Shown: positions 10,163-20,750, counted from the stretch's first letter. The stretch: DNA of 49,005 nt from Sumerlaeia bacterium (GCA_040219255.1 JAVJSW010000040.1:1-49005); one strand, 5' to 3'. Numbers and translations: made by a program. Notes: generated from the letters alone by a model not told the origin.

Positions 10163-12909
10163 ACGGCATGACCCTGATGGATGCGGCCCAATTCGCGGGC
10201 CTTTGGTTCTTGGAATCGAGCGTCATCGTGGCGCTGGGGCTGGCGGCGGCGTGGGCGCTGAGGCGGCGCGAGGCCTCGCTGCGGTCGGCGTTGCTGAGGG
10301 CCACGTTGCTGGCGGCGCTGGTGGTGCCGTTGGCGGCGGCGGCGTGGACGATGGCGGGCGTGCGGGGCCCGGCGGCGCGGTGGGCGGCGGAGCAGCCGGC
10401 GCCTGCGGCGGCCCCGGCTGCGCGGGGCGCTCTGGCGGACACTGGCACCCCGGCGTTCCAGACCGCGCCCATGGATTTCGGCCCGGCGCCGGTGGAGGCT
10501 CAGAGCGCCCCGGCGGCGGCTGTCCGTTCCGCCGCTATCCAGCCGACGGCGTCGCAAACGCCCGCCGCGCCGCTGTTCAGGGTCGAGCGCGTCCTCGCTC
10601 TCCTCGGCGGCCTTTGGCTGGCGGGGTTGGGGGTGATGCTGGCGCGGCTGGGCGGGGCGGTGTGGTGGATGGAGCGCACGCGGCGCGCGAGCACCCCGGC
10701 GAGCCCCGCCGTGGCGTCGGCCTGCGAAGCGCTGGCGCGGCCCCTCGGTTTGCCGGAGGCCCCGGCGGTGCGGCTCTCGCCCCGGGTGGATGGGCCGTGC
10801 CTGATGGGCTGGCGGCGGCTGGCGATTTTGCTGCCGGCAGAGGACGAGGTGTTGTCCGGCCGCGAGGTTCTGGCGCATGAACTGGCCCATGCCCGGCGCC
10901 GCGACCCGGTGTGGAATGTGGCGGCGCGGGTGGGAACGGCGGTGCTGTGGTTTCATCCGCTGATGCATTTGCTGGCGCGGCGGATCGAGGAAACGGCCGA
11001 CGAAGCGGCCGACGACGCGGTGGTCCAGGCCGGGTGCGACGCGCGGGCCTATGCGAAGCTGCTGACGGATCTGGCGGAAAGCCGCCCGCCCTACGGCGCT
11101 CCGGCGCTGGCGGCGCTGGGCGTGGCGCGGTTCCGGTCGTCGCTGGGGCGGCGGATCGTGCGGCTGCTCGATACGCGGCGGCGGTTGTCGCGGCCTCTTG
11201 GGCGCGGCGTGGTGGCGGGTTTGACGGCAATGGCGGCGCTGATCGCGCTGGTCACGGGCGGGGCGTTCGCTTCGGCGGAGGACGCGGCCGCCGGAGCCCC
11301 CGAATCGGCCGCACCGGCGGCTGTGGCGGCCGAGGCTTCGGCTTCGCCTGCCCCCGCCGTAACGGCCGGGGCGAAGGTCGATGCGGCCTGGATGGACGGC
11401 CCCTTCGCCTGGCAGGCGGAGGAATGGATCGCCCCGGATTTCGAGGCGTTCTTCCCCTACGACCGCGCCGCGGGCGCCGCGCTGGACGCGTTTTTCGAGC
11501 GCGCCAACAAGGACAAGGAGCCGGACGAGGTCGCCATCGAGACGATGTGGCGGGGCCTGCGGACCGCCAAGACGCGCGAGCTGTTCATCATCCGCTGGTT
11601 CGGCAACCGGTTCGTCTGGGGCGCCGAGAACCAAGACCCGCGCGCCATCGAACTGCTGTACCACGCCACCGATTCACCCAACGCCGATCATCGATACAAC
11701 GCGTTGTACTTCGGGATGTCCACCACGCGCGAGAAAACCCCGAACCTGATCCGCGCCATGGGCAACCTTCTGATTCGCGACGGATTGGACGCCAACGTGA
11801 CGGGCCGGGTTTTCTGGGGCCTGCGGGGCCACGAGCAGGAGCTGCGCGACGCCATCGCCGCGCACAGCCCAAGCCCCGAGGAGGAAGACATCGTGGCGGC
11901 GCTCTTGCGCCATCTGGATGGCGAGGAGGACCTGACCGAGTGGCAAGGCCGCCAGGCGCGGGCGCGGATCCTCGAGGAACATAGCGAGTCCCTGGTGAAG
12001 CTTCATTCCGTCCTGGAGAGGGGGTCTTCGAAGCAGCGCCTCGACATCCTGAGCGAATGCTGGGGCACGAACATGCTGGGCGTGGTCGAGCAATTCGACG
12101 CCGGCGCCTGGCGCGCCGCCGCCAGCGACCCCGACCCGGCGGTGCGCAACCTGGTGGCGCGCCTGGTGGGTCAACGCTGGGTCTGGAATGGGAACCCCGA
12201 CCCTGAGGCCATCGCGCTGGAAGTCGAGTTGATTCGCGACGAGGACATGCAAACCCGCAAGGGCGCCCTCTACTTCGGCATCTCCACGGCCTATCCGAAG
12301 AACGAGGATGTGGTCCGCGCCAGCCTCGAAGCGCTGCTGGGCGAACCGGGCTCGGAGGACGTGGGTTGGGCCATGATCGATCAGTACAACGATGGCAACC
12401 GGGCTCTGTGGGGATTGAAGGGACGGGCCGAGGCGGGGCTGCTCCAACGCGAACTGCAACGCCTCACGCCATCCGTCCAATCCAAACCGCGCAAACTGGC
12501 CGCCTACTGGTACATCTGGACGGACCTGCTGGGGGCGCCGCCGGTGCCGGACGAGGCCTTTCGCGAAGCCCGCAAGCGCTATCCCAGGGAAAGCGTCATC
12601 GCGCAAGTCGCCATGGATCCGGAGTATGGCGGTTCGCTGGAATCGGAGGACTTGATCCCGTACCTGACAGAGGCCCAGGGAATTCTGCTGTCCGAGGAGA
12701 AAATGAGCCGCCTGACCGGCTGGGGCCGGAACGAGACGGACGGCAGCACGCGGTACCTGATCACGGACGAGATCACGGCGGAGTTGCTTCCGAAGCTGCT
12801 GGACGAGGACGAAAACCCCTTCACGGTGGTCCAGCAGGGGCCCATCGAGCCTCTGTTCCAGATCAGCATCGAGCTGCAACTGGAGGCGTTGGCAACCGCG
12901 CCGCGCTGA
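10159..12909 (+). CDS. BlaR1-like M56 metallopeptidase with helical (HEAT-like) C-terminal sensor region
   Basis: ATGA overlap with the repressor gene; N-terminal TM segments; AHELAHARRRD (HExxH), WFHPL, EEAADD-like motif; C-terminus lacks a recognisable penicillin-binding domain. Confidence 0.85.
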   Translation: MNGMTLMDAAQFAGLWFLESSVIVALGLAAAWALRRREASLRSALLRATLLAALVVPLAAAAWTMAGVRGPAARWAAEQPAPAAAPAARGALADTGTPAFQTAPMDFGPAPVEAQSAPAAAVRSAAIQPTASQTPAAPLFRVERVLALLGGLWLAGLGVMLARLGGAVWWMERTRRASTPASPAVASACEALARPLGLPEAPAVRLSPRVDGPCLMGWRRLAILLPAEDEVLSGREVLAHELAHARRRDPVWNVAARVGTAVLWFHPLMHLLARRIEETADEAADDAVVQAGCDARAYAKLLTDLAESRPPYGAPALAALGVARFRSSLGRRIVRLLDTRRRLSRPLGRGVVAGLTAMAALIALVTGGAFASAEDAAAGAPESAAPAAVAAEASASPAPAVTAGAKVDAAWMDGPFAWQAEEWIAPDFEAFFPYDRAAGAALDAFFERANKDKEPDEVAIETMWRGLRTAKTRELFIIRWFGNRFVWGAENQDPRAIELLYHATDSPNADHRYNALYFGMSTTREKTPNLIRAMGNLLIRDGLDANVTGRVFWGLRGHEQELRDAIAAHSPSPEEEDIVAALLRHLDGEEDLTEWQGRQARARILEEHSESLVKLHSVLERGSSKQRLDILSECWGTNMLGVVEQFDAGAWRAAASDPDPAVRNLVARLVGQRWVWNGNPDPEAIALEVELIRDEDMQTRKGALYFGISTAYPKNEDVVRASLEALLGEPGSEDVGWAMIDQYNDGNRALWGLKGRAEAGLLQRELQRLTPSVQSKPRKLAAYWYIWTDLLGAPPVPDEAFREARKRYPRESVIAQVAMDPEYGGSLESEDLIPYLTEAQGILLSEEKMSRLTGWGRNETDGSTRYLITDEITAELLPKLLDEDENPFTVVQQGPIEPLFQISIELQLEALATAPR

Positions 12910-12984
12910 CGACAACCCACTTTTCCAAGCGGCATCGCCTTGGCTAAAGCTCCGCCCGTCACCCCAACGCGGCGGAGCTTCGCC

Positions 12985-14637
12985 ATGGCCATCAAACCCG
13001 TCATCCTCACTGTCGATGACGACCCGGAAGTCCTCGCCGCCATCGCGCGCGACCTGCGCAGCGAATACGGCAAAGACTACCGCATCGTGCGCGCCACGAG
13101 CGGCAACGAGGCCCTGGAGGCGGCGCGCAAGCTCGCGGCGCAGGAGCAGCCGGTGGCGCTCTTCCTAGCCGACCAGCGCATGCCCGGCCTCAGCGGAATC
13201 GACTTCCTGAGCGAGGCGGCGTCCCTCTTTCCCGGCAGCAAGCGCGCCTTGCTGACCGCCTACGCGGACACCGACGCCGCCATCGCCGCCATCAACCGGT
13301 CGCATATCGATTACTACCTGCTGAAGCCCTGGAGCCCGCCGGAGGAATGCCTCTACCCGGTGCTCGACGATTTGCTCGAAGACTGGCGCGCCGAATACCG
13401 CCCGCCCTTCGAGGGCCTGCGCGTCTATGGCGTCAGATGGTCGCCGGAAAGTTACGAACTGCGCGACTTTCTGGCGCGCAATCAGGTCCCCTACCAGTTC
13501 CACGACGTCCAGGTGGACGCCGAGGCGCGGCGCAAACTCGAGGACCTGGGCCACGGCGCCGGATGCGTGCCCGTGGTGGTCTTCGCGGACGGCGAGAAAA
13601 TCCCCCGGGCGAACCGCCAGACGGTCTCGGCGCGCCTCGGCCTCAGCAAAGACGCGGGGGGCAAACCGTTCTACGACCTGATCGTCGTCGGCGCCGGTCC
13701 CGCGGGACTGGCGGCGGCGGTCTATGGGGCCAGCGAGGGCCTGCGAACCCTCGTCATCGAGTCGGACGCCCCCGGCGGCCAGGCCGGAACGTCCTCGCGC
13801 ATCGAAAACTACCTCGGCTTTCCCTCCGGCCTGTCGGGCCAGGACCTCTCGCGGCGAGCCGTCGTGCAGGCGCGCCGCTTTGGCGCGGAAATCCTCTCGC
13901 CCCACGAAGTCACCGCCGTCCGCGCCGAAGGCAACTACCGCATCGTTCGCCTCGGTGACGGCCAGGAATTCGTCTGCCACGCGCTGCTGGTGTGCTGCGG
14001 CGTGCAGTACCGCAAACTGGACAAGCCCGGCATCGAGCCGCTCATCGGGCGCGGGATTTACTACGGGGCATCGCTGGCCGAAGCCCGCCCATGCAGCAAC
14101 GAACCGGTGGCCATGGTTGGCGCGGGCAACAGCGCGGGCCAGGCGGCGATTTACTTCGCCCGCTTCGCCAAGACGGTGACGCTCATCGTGCGCGGCGACT
14201 CGCTGGAGAAATCCATGTCCCAGTACCTCGTCGATCAGATCGCGGGCGTGGACAACATCCACGTCAAACTCCACACGGAAGTCGCCGCCGCCCATGGCGA
14301 GGGGCGCCTTGAGCGCCTGACCCTGGTGAACAATCAAACCCAGGCCACCGAGGACCTCGACTCGGCGGGGCTCTTCGTCCTGATCGGCGCGGCGCCGCGG
14401 ACGGAATGGCTGGGGGATTTGGTCCGTCGCGACGGGCGCGGGTTCGTGGAAACGGGGTCGGCGGTGGCGGGAAAGGGTTGGACCCTCGATCGCCCGCCCT
14501 TCCTGTTGGAAGCCAGCCTGCCCGGCGTTTTCGCCGCCGGTGACGTCCGCGCCGGATCGGTCAAGCGCGTCGCCTCCGGCGTCGGCGAAGGGTCGGTGGC
14601 GATTTCTTTCGTGCACCAGTATTTGGCGGCGTTGTGA
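12985..14637 (+). CDS. Response-regulator receiver domain fused to thioredoxin-reductase-like FAD/NAD(P)H oxidoreductase
   Basis: Receiver VDDD...ADQRMP...LTAY...KPW; GAGPAG (FAD), GAGNSA (NAD(P)H), GVFAAGDVR. Confidence 0.9.
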   Translation: MAIKPVILTVDDDPEVLAAIARDLRSEYGKDYRIVRATSGNEALEAARKLAAQEQPVALFLADQRMPGLSGIDFLSEAASLFPGSKRALLTAYADTDAAIAAINRSHIDYYLLKPWSPPEECLYPVLDDLLEDWRAEYRPPFEGLRVYGVRWSPESYELRDFLARNQVPYQFHDVQVDAEARRKLEDLGHGAGCVPVVVFADGEKIPRANRQTVSARLGLSKDAGGKPFYDLIVVGAGPAGLAAAVYGASEGLRTLVIESDAPGGQAGTSSRIENYLGFPSGLSGQDLSRRAVVQARRFGAEILSPHEVTAVRAEGNYRIVRLGDGQEFVCHALLVCCGVQYRKLDKPGIEPLIGRGIYYGASLAEARPCSNEPVAMVGAGNSAGQAAIYFARFAKTVTLIVRGDSLEKSMSQYLVDQIAGVDNIHVKLHTEVAAAHGEGRLERLTLVNNQTQATEDLDSAGLFVLIGAAPRTEWLGDLVRRDGRGFVETGSAVAGKGWTLDRPPFLLEASLPGVFAAGDVRAGSVKRVASGVGEGSVAISFVHQYLAAL

Positions 14638-14704
14638 TTTTCCCTGGAGCCACTCGGGGGCGAAGATACAGGTTGGGGACATTCTGAAGTAGAAAGCCCC
14701 GCCC

Positions 14705-15553
14705 ATGCCCGACTCCTCCCTTCCCCTCGACCGCAGCCACCAGTTCCACATCGGCCCCGTGCCCGTCGGCGGCGGCGCGCCGATGGTGTTGATCGCCGGG
14801 CCCTGCGTGATCGAATCGCCAGAGCACACCGAGTTCATGGCTCGCGAGATCAAGGCGATCACCGATCGCCTGGGTGTGCCCCTGGTCTTCAAGGCCAGTT
14901 TCGACAAGGCCAACCGGTCGAGCGGCGCGTCGTTCCGGGGGCCGGGGCTGGAGGAGGGCCTGCGGGTTCTCGGCGCCATCAAGGCTGGCCTCGGCGTGCC
15001 GGTGCTGACCGACGTTCATACCGAGGAGCAGGCGCCGGTCATCGCGCAGGTCTGCGACATCCTGCAGATTCCGGCCTTTCTCTGCCGCCAGACCGATTTC
15101 GTCGAAGCCGTCGGCCGCGCCGGCAAACCCGTCAACGTCAAGAAGGGCCAATTCATGGCCCCCCGCGATATCAAGAACGTGGCGGACAAGCTGAAGGCGG
15201 TGGGGTGCGAGGACGTGCTCCTGACGGAGCGGGGCGTGACCTTTGGCTATGGCAATCTGGTGGTCGATTTCCGCAGCCTGCCCACCATGCGCGCGGCCAC
15301 CGGGTTGCCGGTGTGCTTCGATGCGACGCACAGCGTCCAGCAGCCCGGGGGCCTAGGCCACGCCACCGGCGGCGACCGGGAATTCGTGCCGGTGCTGGCG
15401 CGGGCGGCCTGCGCCGTGGGCATCGACGCGCTCTTCATGGAGGTCCACGACAATCCAGACGCGGCGAAGTCGGACGGACCGAACATGGTGCCGCTGAGCG
15501 AGCTGGAGTTGACACTGCGGCGTTGCCTGGCGGTGGGCCGGGCCCTGGCTTAA
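14705..15553 (+). CDS. kdsA: 3-deoxy-8-phosphooctulonate (KDO8P) synthase
   Basis: [51 protein letters not shown]. Confidence 0.97.
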   Translation: MPDSSLPLDRSHQFHIGPVPVGGGAPMVLIAGPCVIESPEHTEFMAREIKAITDRLGVPLVFKASFDKANRSSGASFRGPGLEEGLRVLGAIKAGLGVPVLTDVHTEEQAPVIAQVCDILQIPAFLCRQTDFVEAVGRAGKPVNVKKGQFMAPRDIKNVADKLKAVGCEDVLLTERGVTFGYGNLVVDFRSLPTMRAATGLPVCFDATHSVQQPGGLGHATGGDREFVPVLARAACAVGIDALFMEVHDNPDAAKSDGPNMVPLSELELTLRRCLAVGRALA

Positions 15554-15636
15554 GCGACGGTGGGGCTTGAGCAGGGCCTTTTGCGGCGGGCCCGATACAC
15601 AACTAAAATAAATCCGCCCCTCCTCCTTCTTGCAGG

Positions 15637-15665
15637 TTGACGGCCTCTCATAAGATAGACATGCT
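15637..15665 (+). promoter_or_regulatory. Possible promoter for the dockerin protein gene
   Basis: TTGACG-N17-CATGCT, the same -10 hexamer as at 274-279; GAGGAG RBS upstream of ATG 15741. Confidence 0.35.
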
Positions 15666-15740
15666 TTGTGTTACACGGCTGGACTTGAGAGGCGATGCTT
15701 CCCAGGCGCCAGCACCCCCCAGTATTGAGGAGCGTCCCGC

Positions 15741-16637
15741 ATGAACACCCTTACCCGCACTTTCGCCCAGGCCACCTTGGCCGCCGCGGCGCTTGCGATT
15801 CCTTTCAGCCTTTCCGCCCGGGAAGTGCTCTACGAGACCAGCTTCGAGTCCGCCGAGGGCTTCACCGCCAACACCTACGACGCCGACACGGCGGGCAGCA
15901 GCGTCGCCGTGGGCGATAGCTGGTCCCTGCTGGCCGGTATCGCCGAGGTCGTGGCCTCGGGCGAAACCCCCGACAGCAGCGCCCAGATCGTCCGCCTGCG
16001 CGACGGCGCCCAGCTCGACCGCGACCTGTCCGGCGAAGTCGCCACCAGCGACAACGAAGTCTTCGTGGAAGGCTACTTCCGCGGCGCCGGCAGCGGCGTG
16101 TCCCTGGCCGACGCGTCCTACCCGGCCGATCAGTCCGCCTCCGCCATCGTTCATTTCAGCTCCGCCGACGGCATCCAACTCCTCGATGGAAACGGCGCCG
16201 GTTCCGGCACCCCGGTCAACACCTCGGTGGCCCTCGGCACCGCCAATGAGGACACCTGGTACAAACTGACCCTGTTCCTCGACTTCACAAGCCAGGAATG
16301 GGACGCCTACGTGATGGAGGAAGGCTCCGCCACGGTCACCAAACTCAACACCCAGGCCCCCCTCGGCTTCCGCGACAACGTGACCTCGCTCAATGGGTTC
16401 CGCAATCTGGCGCAGACCGCGTCGGAGTTCGACGGCTTCCGCGTGGTCAAGCCGATCCTCGGCGACGCCAACGGCGACTCGCTCAAGGACGGCGCCGACG
16501 TGGTGCGCATCCTGGAGTTCGCCCTCAACGACGTCACCGACCCGATCCTGAGCTACAACGCCGACTACAACGGCGTCGGCGGTGTGACGGAAGACGACGC
16601 CATGATCCTGGCGAGCGACCTGACGACCGGCAACTAA
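15741..16637 (+). CDS. Secreted protein with beta-sandwich-like domain and C-terminal dockerin
   Basis: Signal peptide (…AIPFSLSA); duplicated Ca-binding motifs GDANGDSLKDGADVV and ADYNGVGGVTEDDAMIL. Confidence 0.75.
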   Translation: MNTLTRTFAQATLAAAALAIPFSLSAREVLYETSFESAEGFTANTYDADTAGSSVAVGDSWSLLAGIAEVVASGETPDSSAQIVRLRDGAQLDRDLSGEVATSDNEVFVEGYFRGAGSGVSLADASYPADQSASAIVHFSSADGIQLLDGNGAGSGTPVNTSVALGTANEDTWYKLTLFLDFTSQEWDAYVMEEGSATVTKLNTQAPLGFRDNVTSLNGFRNLAQTASEFDGFRVVKPILGDANGDSLKDGADVVRILEFALNDVTDPILSYNADYNGVGGVTEDDAMILASDLTTGN

Positions 16638-16871
16638 TCGCCCCGAAAACCAGCGGCACGCCCTCTTCGGCCCCGGAACCCCGGGCCACAGAAGCACAAA
16701 GCGGGGCGGGACGGCGACGGAGAATGCACTTTCTCCCGCTTCCCGCCCCGCTTCTTTATTTTCTCGGCTTGCGGTGCTGTTTTCTCCTCATTAGACATAG
16801 ACGAAGGACGCTCCTTGCGGGCGTTCCGAAATCGAGCAGAAAACCCTTTCTTCTCTCCGCGAGACGATTCT

Positions 16872-19800
16872 ATGGCATCCGAATCCAAAATTATTGGGAT
16901 CGACTTGGGCACCACCAACTCCGTGGTCGCCGTCATGGTCGGAAACGAACCGGAGGTCATTCCCAACGCCGAAGGCGCCAACAAGACCCCCTCCGTGGTC
17001 GCCTTCCTCGACAACGGGGAAGTCGTCGTCGGCGAAATCGCCCGCCGCCAGGCCTCCACGAACGCCTCGCGAACCATCTCCAGCGTCAAGCGCCTCATGG
17101 GCCGCGCTTACGAAGAGCTGGAAGACGAGATTCACCTCTTCCCCTTCGAACTCGTCGATCACAATGGCGAACTCTACGTCGACGTCGACGGCATGGGCTA
17201 CCGGCCCGAGCAGATCAGCGCCCTCGTCCTCAAGAAGCTCAAGGAATGCGCCGAGACCTACCTCAATGAGGACGTCGAAAAGGCCGTCATCACCGTCCCC
17301 GCCTACTTCGATGACCTCCAACGCCAGGCCACCATCGAGGCCGCCGAGATGGCCGGGCTGGACGTGCTGCGCCTGATCAACGAACCGACCGCCGCGGCCA
17401 TGGCCTACGGCATGGGCCGGGGCGGCGGAGAGAAGGAAGAAATCGTCGCCGTCTACGACTTCGGCGGCGGCACCTTCGATATCACACTCTTGGAAATCAG
17501 CGAGAAAACTTTCGAGGTGCTCACCTCCACCGGCGATTCGCTGCTGGGCGGCGACGATCTCGACAATGCCATCGTCACCCTCATCATGGACGAGTTCCAG
17601 GCCAAACACGGCGTCGATCTCGCCGAAGACCCGGTGACGGTGCGGCGCCTGAAGGAAGTGGCGGAGCGCGCCAAATGCGAGCTGTCCACCACGACCCAGG
17701 CCAGCCTCTCGCTCCCCTTCATCGCCTATCGCGACAACCAGCCGCTGCACCTCGAGCGCATTCTGACCCGCGAGGAATTCGAAGACCTGATCGACGAATT
17801 CGTCCGCCGCACGATCCGCTGCTGCAAACGGGCCCTCGAAGACGCGGGCCTCAAGAAGCGCGACATCGTCAAAATCATCATGGTCGGCGGCACCACCCGC
17901 ATCCCCCTGGTGCAGGAATCGGTCGAGGATTTCTTCGACCAGGAACCCTTCCGCGGCGTGAACCCGGACGAAGTGGTGGCCCTGGGCGCCGCCACCCAGG
18001 CCGGCGTCTTCGAGGGCAACGTGCAGGAGGTGATCCTGCTCGACGTGACGCCCCACAGTCTGGGCATCGAGGTGGAAGGCGGCCGCACCAGCCGCATCAT
18101 CGAGAAGAATTCGACGATTCCCATCAAGGCCGCGAAGACCTTCACCACGACGGAAGAAAGCCAGGAATTCGTCAATATCCACGTCCTGCAGGGCGAGGAG
18201 TCGGACTCGGCGGAAAACCGCAGCCTCGGCAAGTTCCAGCTCACCGGCATCGGCTCCGCCCCCGCCGGCGTGCCCCGCATCCGCGTGACGTTCTTCATCA
18301 ACGCCGACGGCGTCATGGAAATCAGCGCCGAGGATGTGAACACCGGCCAGGCGAACGCCATGACCATCGTTCACTCGCAACTCAACGAGGACGAACGCAA
18401 CCGGCGATCGCGCCGCCGCAAGCGCAACCGCGACAAGACCGCTCCCCCGGCGGACGAACGCCGCCGTAAACGCCGCGGCCGCCATCGCGACGGCACGGAC
18501 TCGGGACGCAAGGGAAGCAGTTCGAGCGTCGCCGCCGGAGCCGTCGCTCCGCCGCCGCCGACCGCCCTGCCTTCCTCCACCGACCGGCCCGCCCAAACCC
18601 CACCTCCATCCCCAGCGCCCACCGCTCCCCGCGGGGAAGATTCCCCCACCGGCCGGTCGCGGCGCCGCCGTGACGACTCGACCGGCACCGCCCAGGCACC
18701 GCCCCAATTCGCCGTTCTTGGCGATACGAACCCCGGCGGCGGCGGCCACGGAGTCAAGGCCCGCGCCCACTCCAATCCCTCCGACACGCTTTCGCCCCTA
18801 GTGTACGACCGCGCGAAGGACAAGGGCCAGCAGGAGCAGCCCGTTCCCTCCTCAGACGACGAGCAAACCAAAGACCGCAAGCGAGGCGGGGGGCGCGTGG
18901 CGGCGGTTTCTGTGACCGACGATTTCCACGACATGAAAACCGAGGCCATCGACCGCTCCGTGATGGAGAGCCTGGACAAGGGCTCCCCTTCGCCCCCCGC
19001 GAACGACAGGCCTCTGCCGGACAACGTGCTCGATGCGCTCGATCTGGCCGAAACGGGCGCCGAAGACACCTCCGCGTCGGAAACGTACGCGGACGCGGTG
19101 AAGATCCTGACTGGCCTGCCGGAACCGCAGCGCCACCAGTTCACCGCGCTGCGGGCGCTGGCCTACCTGCGCATGACGCTCGGTCAGCCGGAAGAAACCC
19201 GCCAGGCCTTGCGCAACCTGCGCGAGCACCACGGCAAGTCCAGAGGCGCCGATGTGGTGGGCCTGCACCAGCGCGCCTACGACCGCTTCGCCATTCCCAT
19301 GTTCCTGCGCGACCTCGGACTGGCCCGCGAAAAGGCTGGCGATCTGCCCGGCGCCTGCCAGGCCTTCGAGCAAGCCCTGCGCAAAGACCCCGCGGAAACC
19401 GACCGCCAGGACCTCGAACGCATCTACCGCAGCCTCATCTCCGTCGGCGAAGACCCCGCCTCGCAGTTCAAGCTCGTCAAGATCCTCCTGAAGAGCAACC
19501 GCGTCGACGAAGCCATCGAGGTCCTCCAGGACCTCCAGCGCTATCCGAGTTATGAAAACCGGGCCATGAAGATCCTGGGCCTCTGCCATTGGCAGAAAAA
19601 CATGCACTACCTCGCCTGGCAGCACTTCAAGGGCCTGCCGGTCGATGACGATATGCAGGACATCCTTTATCGTCTCGCCGCCGACATGGAAGGCAACGAC
19701 CAGCTCCAGACCGCCCTCGCCGTCCTCCAGCATCTGCACCAGCACGCCCCCCACTACCGCGATCTGGACGCGCGCCTTCGCAAACTCGAGTACCGTCTCC

Positions 19801-20642
19801 GCCTCCAGGCCGACGACAGCCAGGAGCAGCGCCCAGAAGACCTGATCCTGCCCCGCGACAGCCGCTTCACCGTCCTGGAAGAAATCAACCGCGGCAGCAT
19901 GGGCATCATCTACCGCGCCCGCGACAACACCCTCAACGAAATCGTCGCCCTCAAAGTCCTCAACGACTACCTGTGCAGCGACCCCGCCGCCGTCGAGCGC
20001 TTCAAAAGCGAAGCCCGCGCCGCCAAACGCCTCGGCCACCAGCACATCGTCCGCATCCACGAGTTCTTCGAACTCGACAACAAGCGGTTCATCTCCATGG
20101 AGTACATCGAGGGCACGGACCTGAAGCGTCTCCTGGCGGAACGCACCACGTTCACCGAAGAGATGGTTCTTCAATACTTCATGCAGATCTGCGACGCCCT
20201 CGCCTACGCCCACAGCCTCGGCGTCATCCATCGCGACATCAAACCCGCCAACATCATGATCACCACGAACAACAGCGTGAAGATCACCGATTTCGGCATC
20301 GCCAAGATCCTGCGCGGCGACGACGTCACGAAGTCCGGCACCGCCGTCATCGGCACCCCGCTCTACATGGCGCCGGAGCAAATCATCGGCGACCCGGTCG
20401 ATCAACGCACCGACATCTACAGCCTCGGCATCATGATGTACGAACTGCTCTCGGGCAACCCGCCGTTCTACCTCGGCAACATCGAGTACCACCACATCCA
20501 CACCGCGCCGCCCCAGTTGCCCAGCAGCATCTCGCAACGCGTCCAGACGGTCATCATGAAGATGATCGCCAAGGACCCCAGCGAGCGCTTTCAAAAGGTC
20601 AACGACATCATGCCGGCCATCAAGACCGGCGCGTTCTTATAG
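16872..20642 (+). CDS. Hsp70 (DnaK-like)-TPR-Ser/Thr protein kinase fusion
   Basis: Hsp70 signatures GIDLGTTNS, VYDFGGGTFD, MVGGTTRIP and linker LLDVTPHSLG; low-complexity linker; TPR-like helices; kinase VALK, HRDIKPAN, DFG, GTPLYMAPEQ. Confidence 0.92.
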   Translation: MASESKIIGIDLGTTNSVVAVMVGNEPEVIPNAEGANKTPSVVAFLDNGEVVVGEIARRQASTNASRTISSVKRLMGRAYEELEDEIHLFPFELVDHNGELYVDVDGMGYRPEQISALVLKKLKECAETYLNEDVEKAVITVPAYFDDLQRQATIEAAEMAGLDVLRLINEPTAAAMAYGMGRGGGEKEEIVAVYDFGGGTFDITLLEISEKTFEVLTSTGDSLLGGDDLDNAIVTLIMDEFQAKHGVDLAEDPVTVRRLKEVAERAKCELSTTTQASLSLPFIAYRDNQPLHLERILTREEFEDLIDEFVRRTIRCCKRALEDAGLKKRDIVKIIMVGGTTRIPLVQESVEDFFDQEPFRGVNPDEVVALGAATQAGVFEGNVQEVILLDVTPHSLGIEVEGGRTSRIIEKNSTIPIKAAKTFTTTEESQEFVNIHVLQGEESDSAENRSLGKFQLTGIGSAPAGVPRIRVTFFINADGVMEISAEDVNTGQANAMTIVHSQLNEDERNRRSRRRKRNRDKTAPPADERRRKRRGRHRDGTDSGRKGSSSSVAAGAVAPPPPTALPSSTDRPAQTPPPSPAPTAPRGEDSPTGRSRRRRDDSTGTAQAPPQFAVLGDTNPGGGGHGVKARAHSNPSDTLSPLVYDRAKDKGQQEQPVPSSDDEQTKDRKRGGGRVAAVSVTDDFHDMKTEAIDRSVMESLDKGSPSPPANDRPLPDNVLDALDLAETGAEDTSASETYADAVKILTGLPEPQRHQFTALRALAYLRMTLGQPEETRQALRNLREHHGKSRGADVVGLHQRAYDRFAIPMFLRDLGLAREKAGDLPGACQAFEQALRKDPAETDRQDLERIYRSLISVGEDPASQFKLVKILLKSNRVDEAIEVLQDLQRYPSYENRAMKILGLCHWQKNMHYLAWQHFKGLPVDDDMQDILYRLAADMEGNDQLQTALAVLQHLHQHAPHYRDLDARLRKLEYRLRLQADDSQEQRPEDLILPRDSRFTVLEEINRGSMGIIYRARDNTLNEIVALKVLNDYLCSDPAAVERFKSEARAAKRLGHQHIVRIHEFFELDNKRFISMEYIEGTDLKRLLAERTTFTEEMVLQYFMQICDALAYAHSLGVIHRDIKPANIMITTNNSVKITDFGIAKILRGDDVTKSGTAVIGTPLYMAPEQIIGDPVDQRTDIYSLGIMMYELLSGNPPFYLGNIEYHHIHTAPPQLPSSISQRVQTVIMKMIAKDPSERFQKVNDIMPAIKTGAFL

Positions 20643-20750
20643 GCGGTCGGGGCGATCCTCCTAGGGGACGGTCTGGCCAAGGGTCGGATGCGGCAAAGGT
20701 CTTGCATTTACGGCTGCCGGGGAAAACGATCCCGTGCAGGAGACAAGACC

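Noticed and set aside
16872-18370. Calling the Hsp70 fusion the housekeeping dnaK
   Set aside because: It lacks the lid, is fused to a kinase and has no grpE/dnaJ context; gene symbol withheld.
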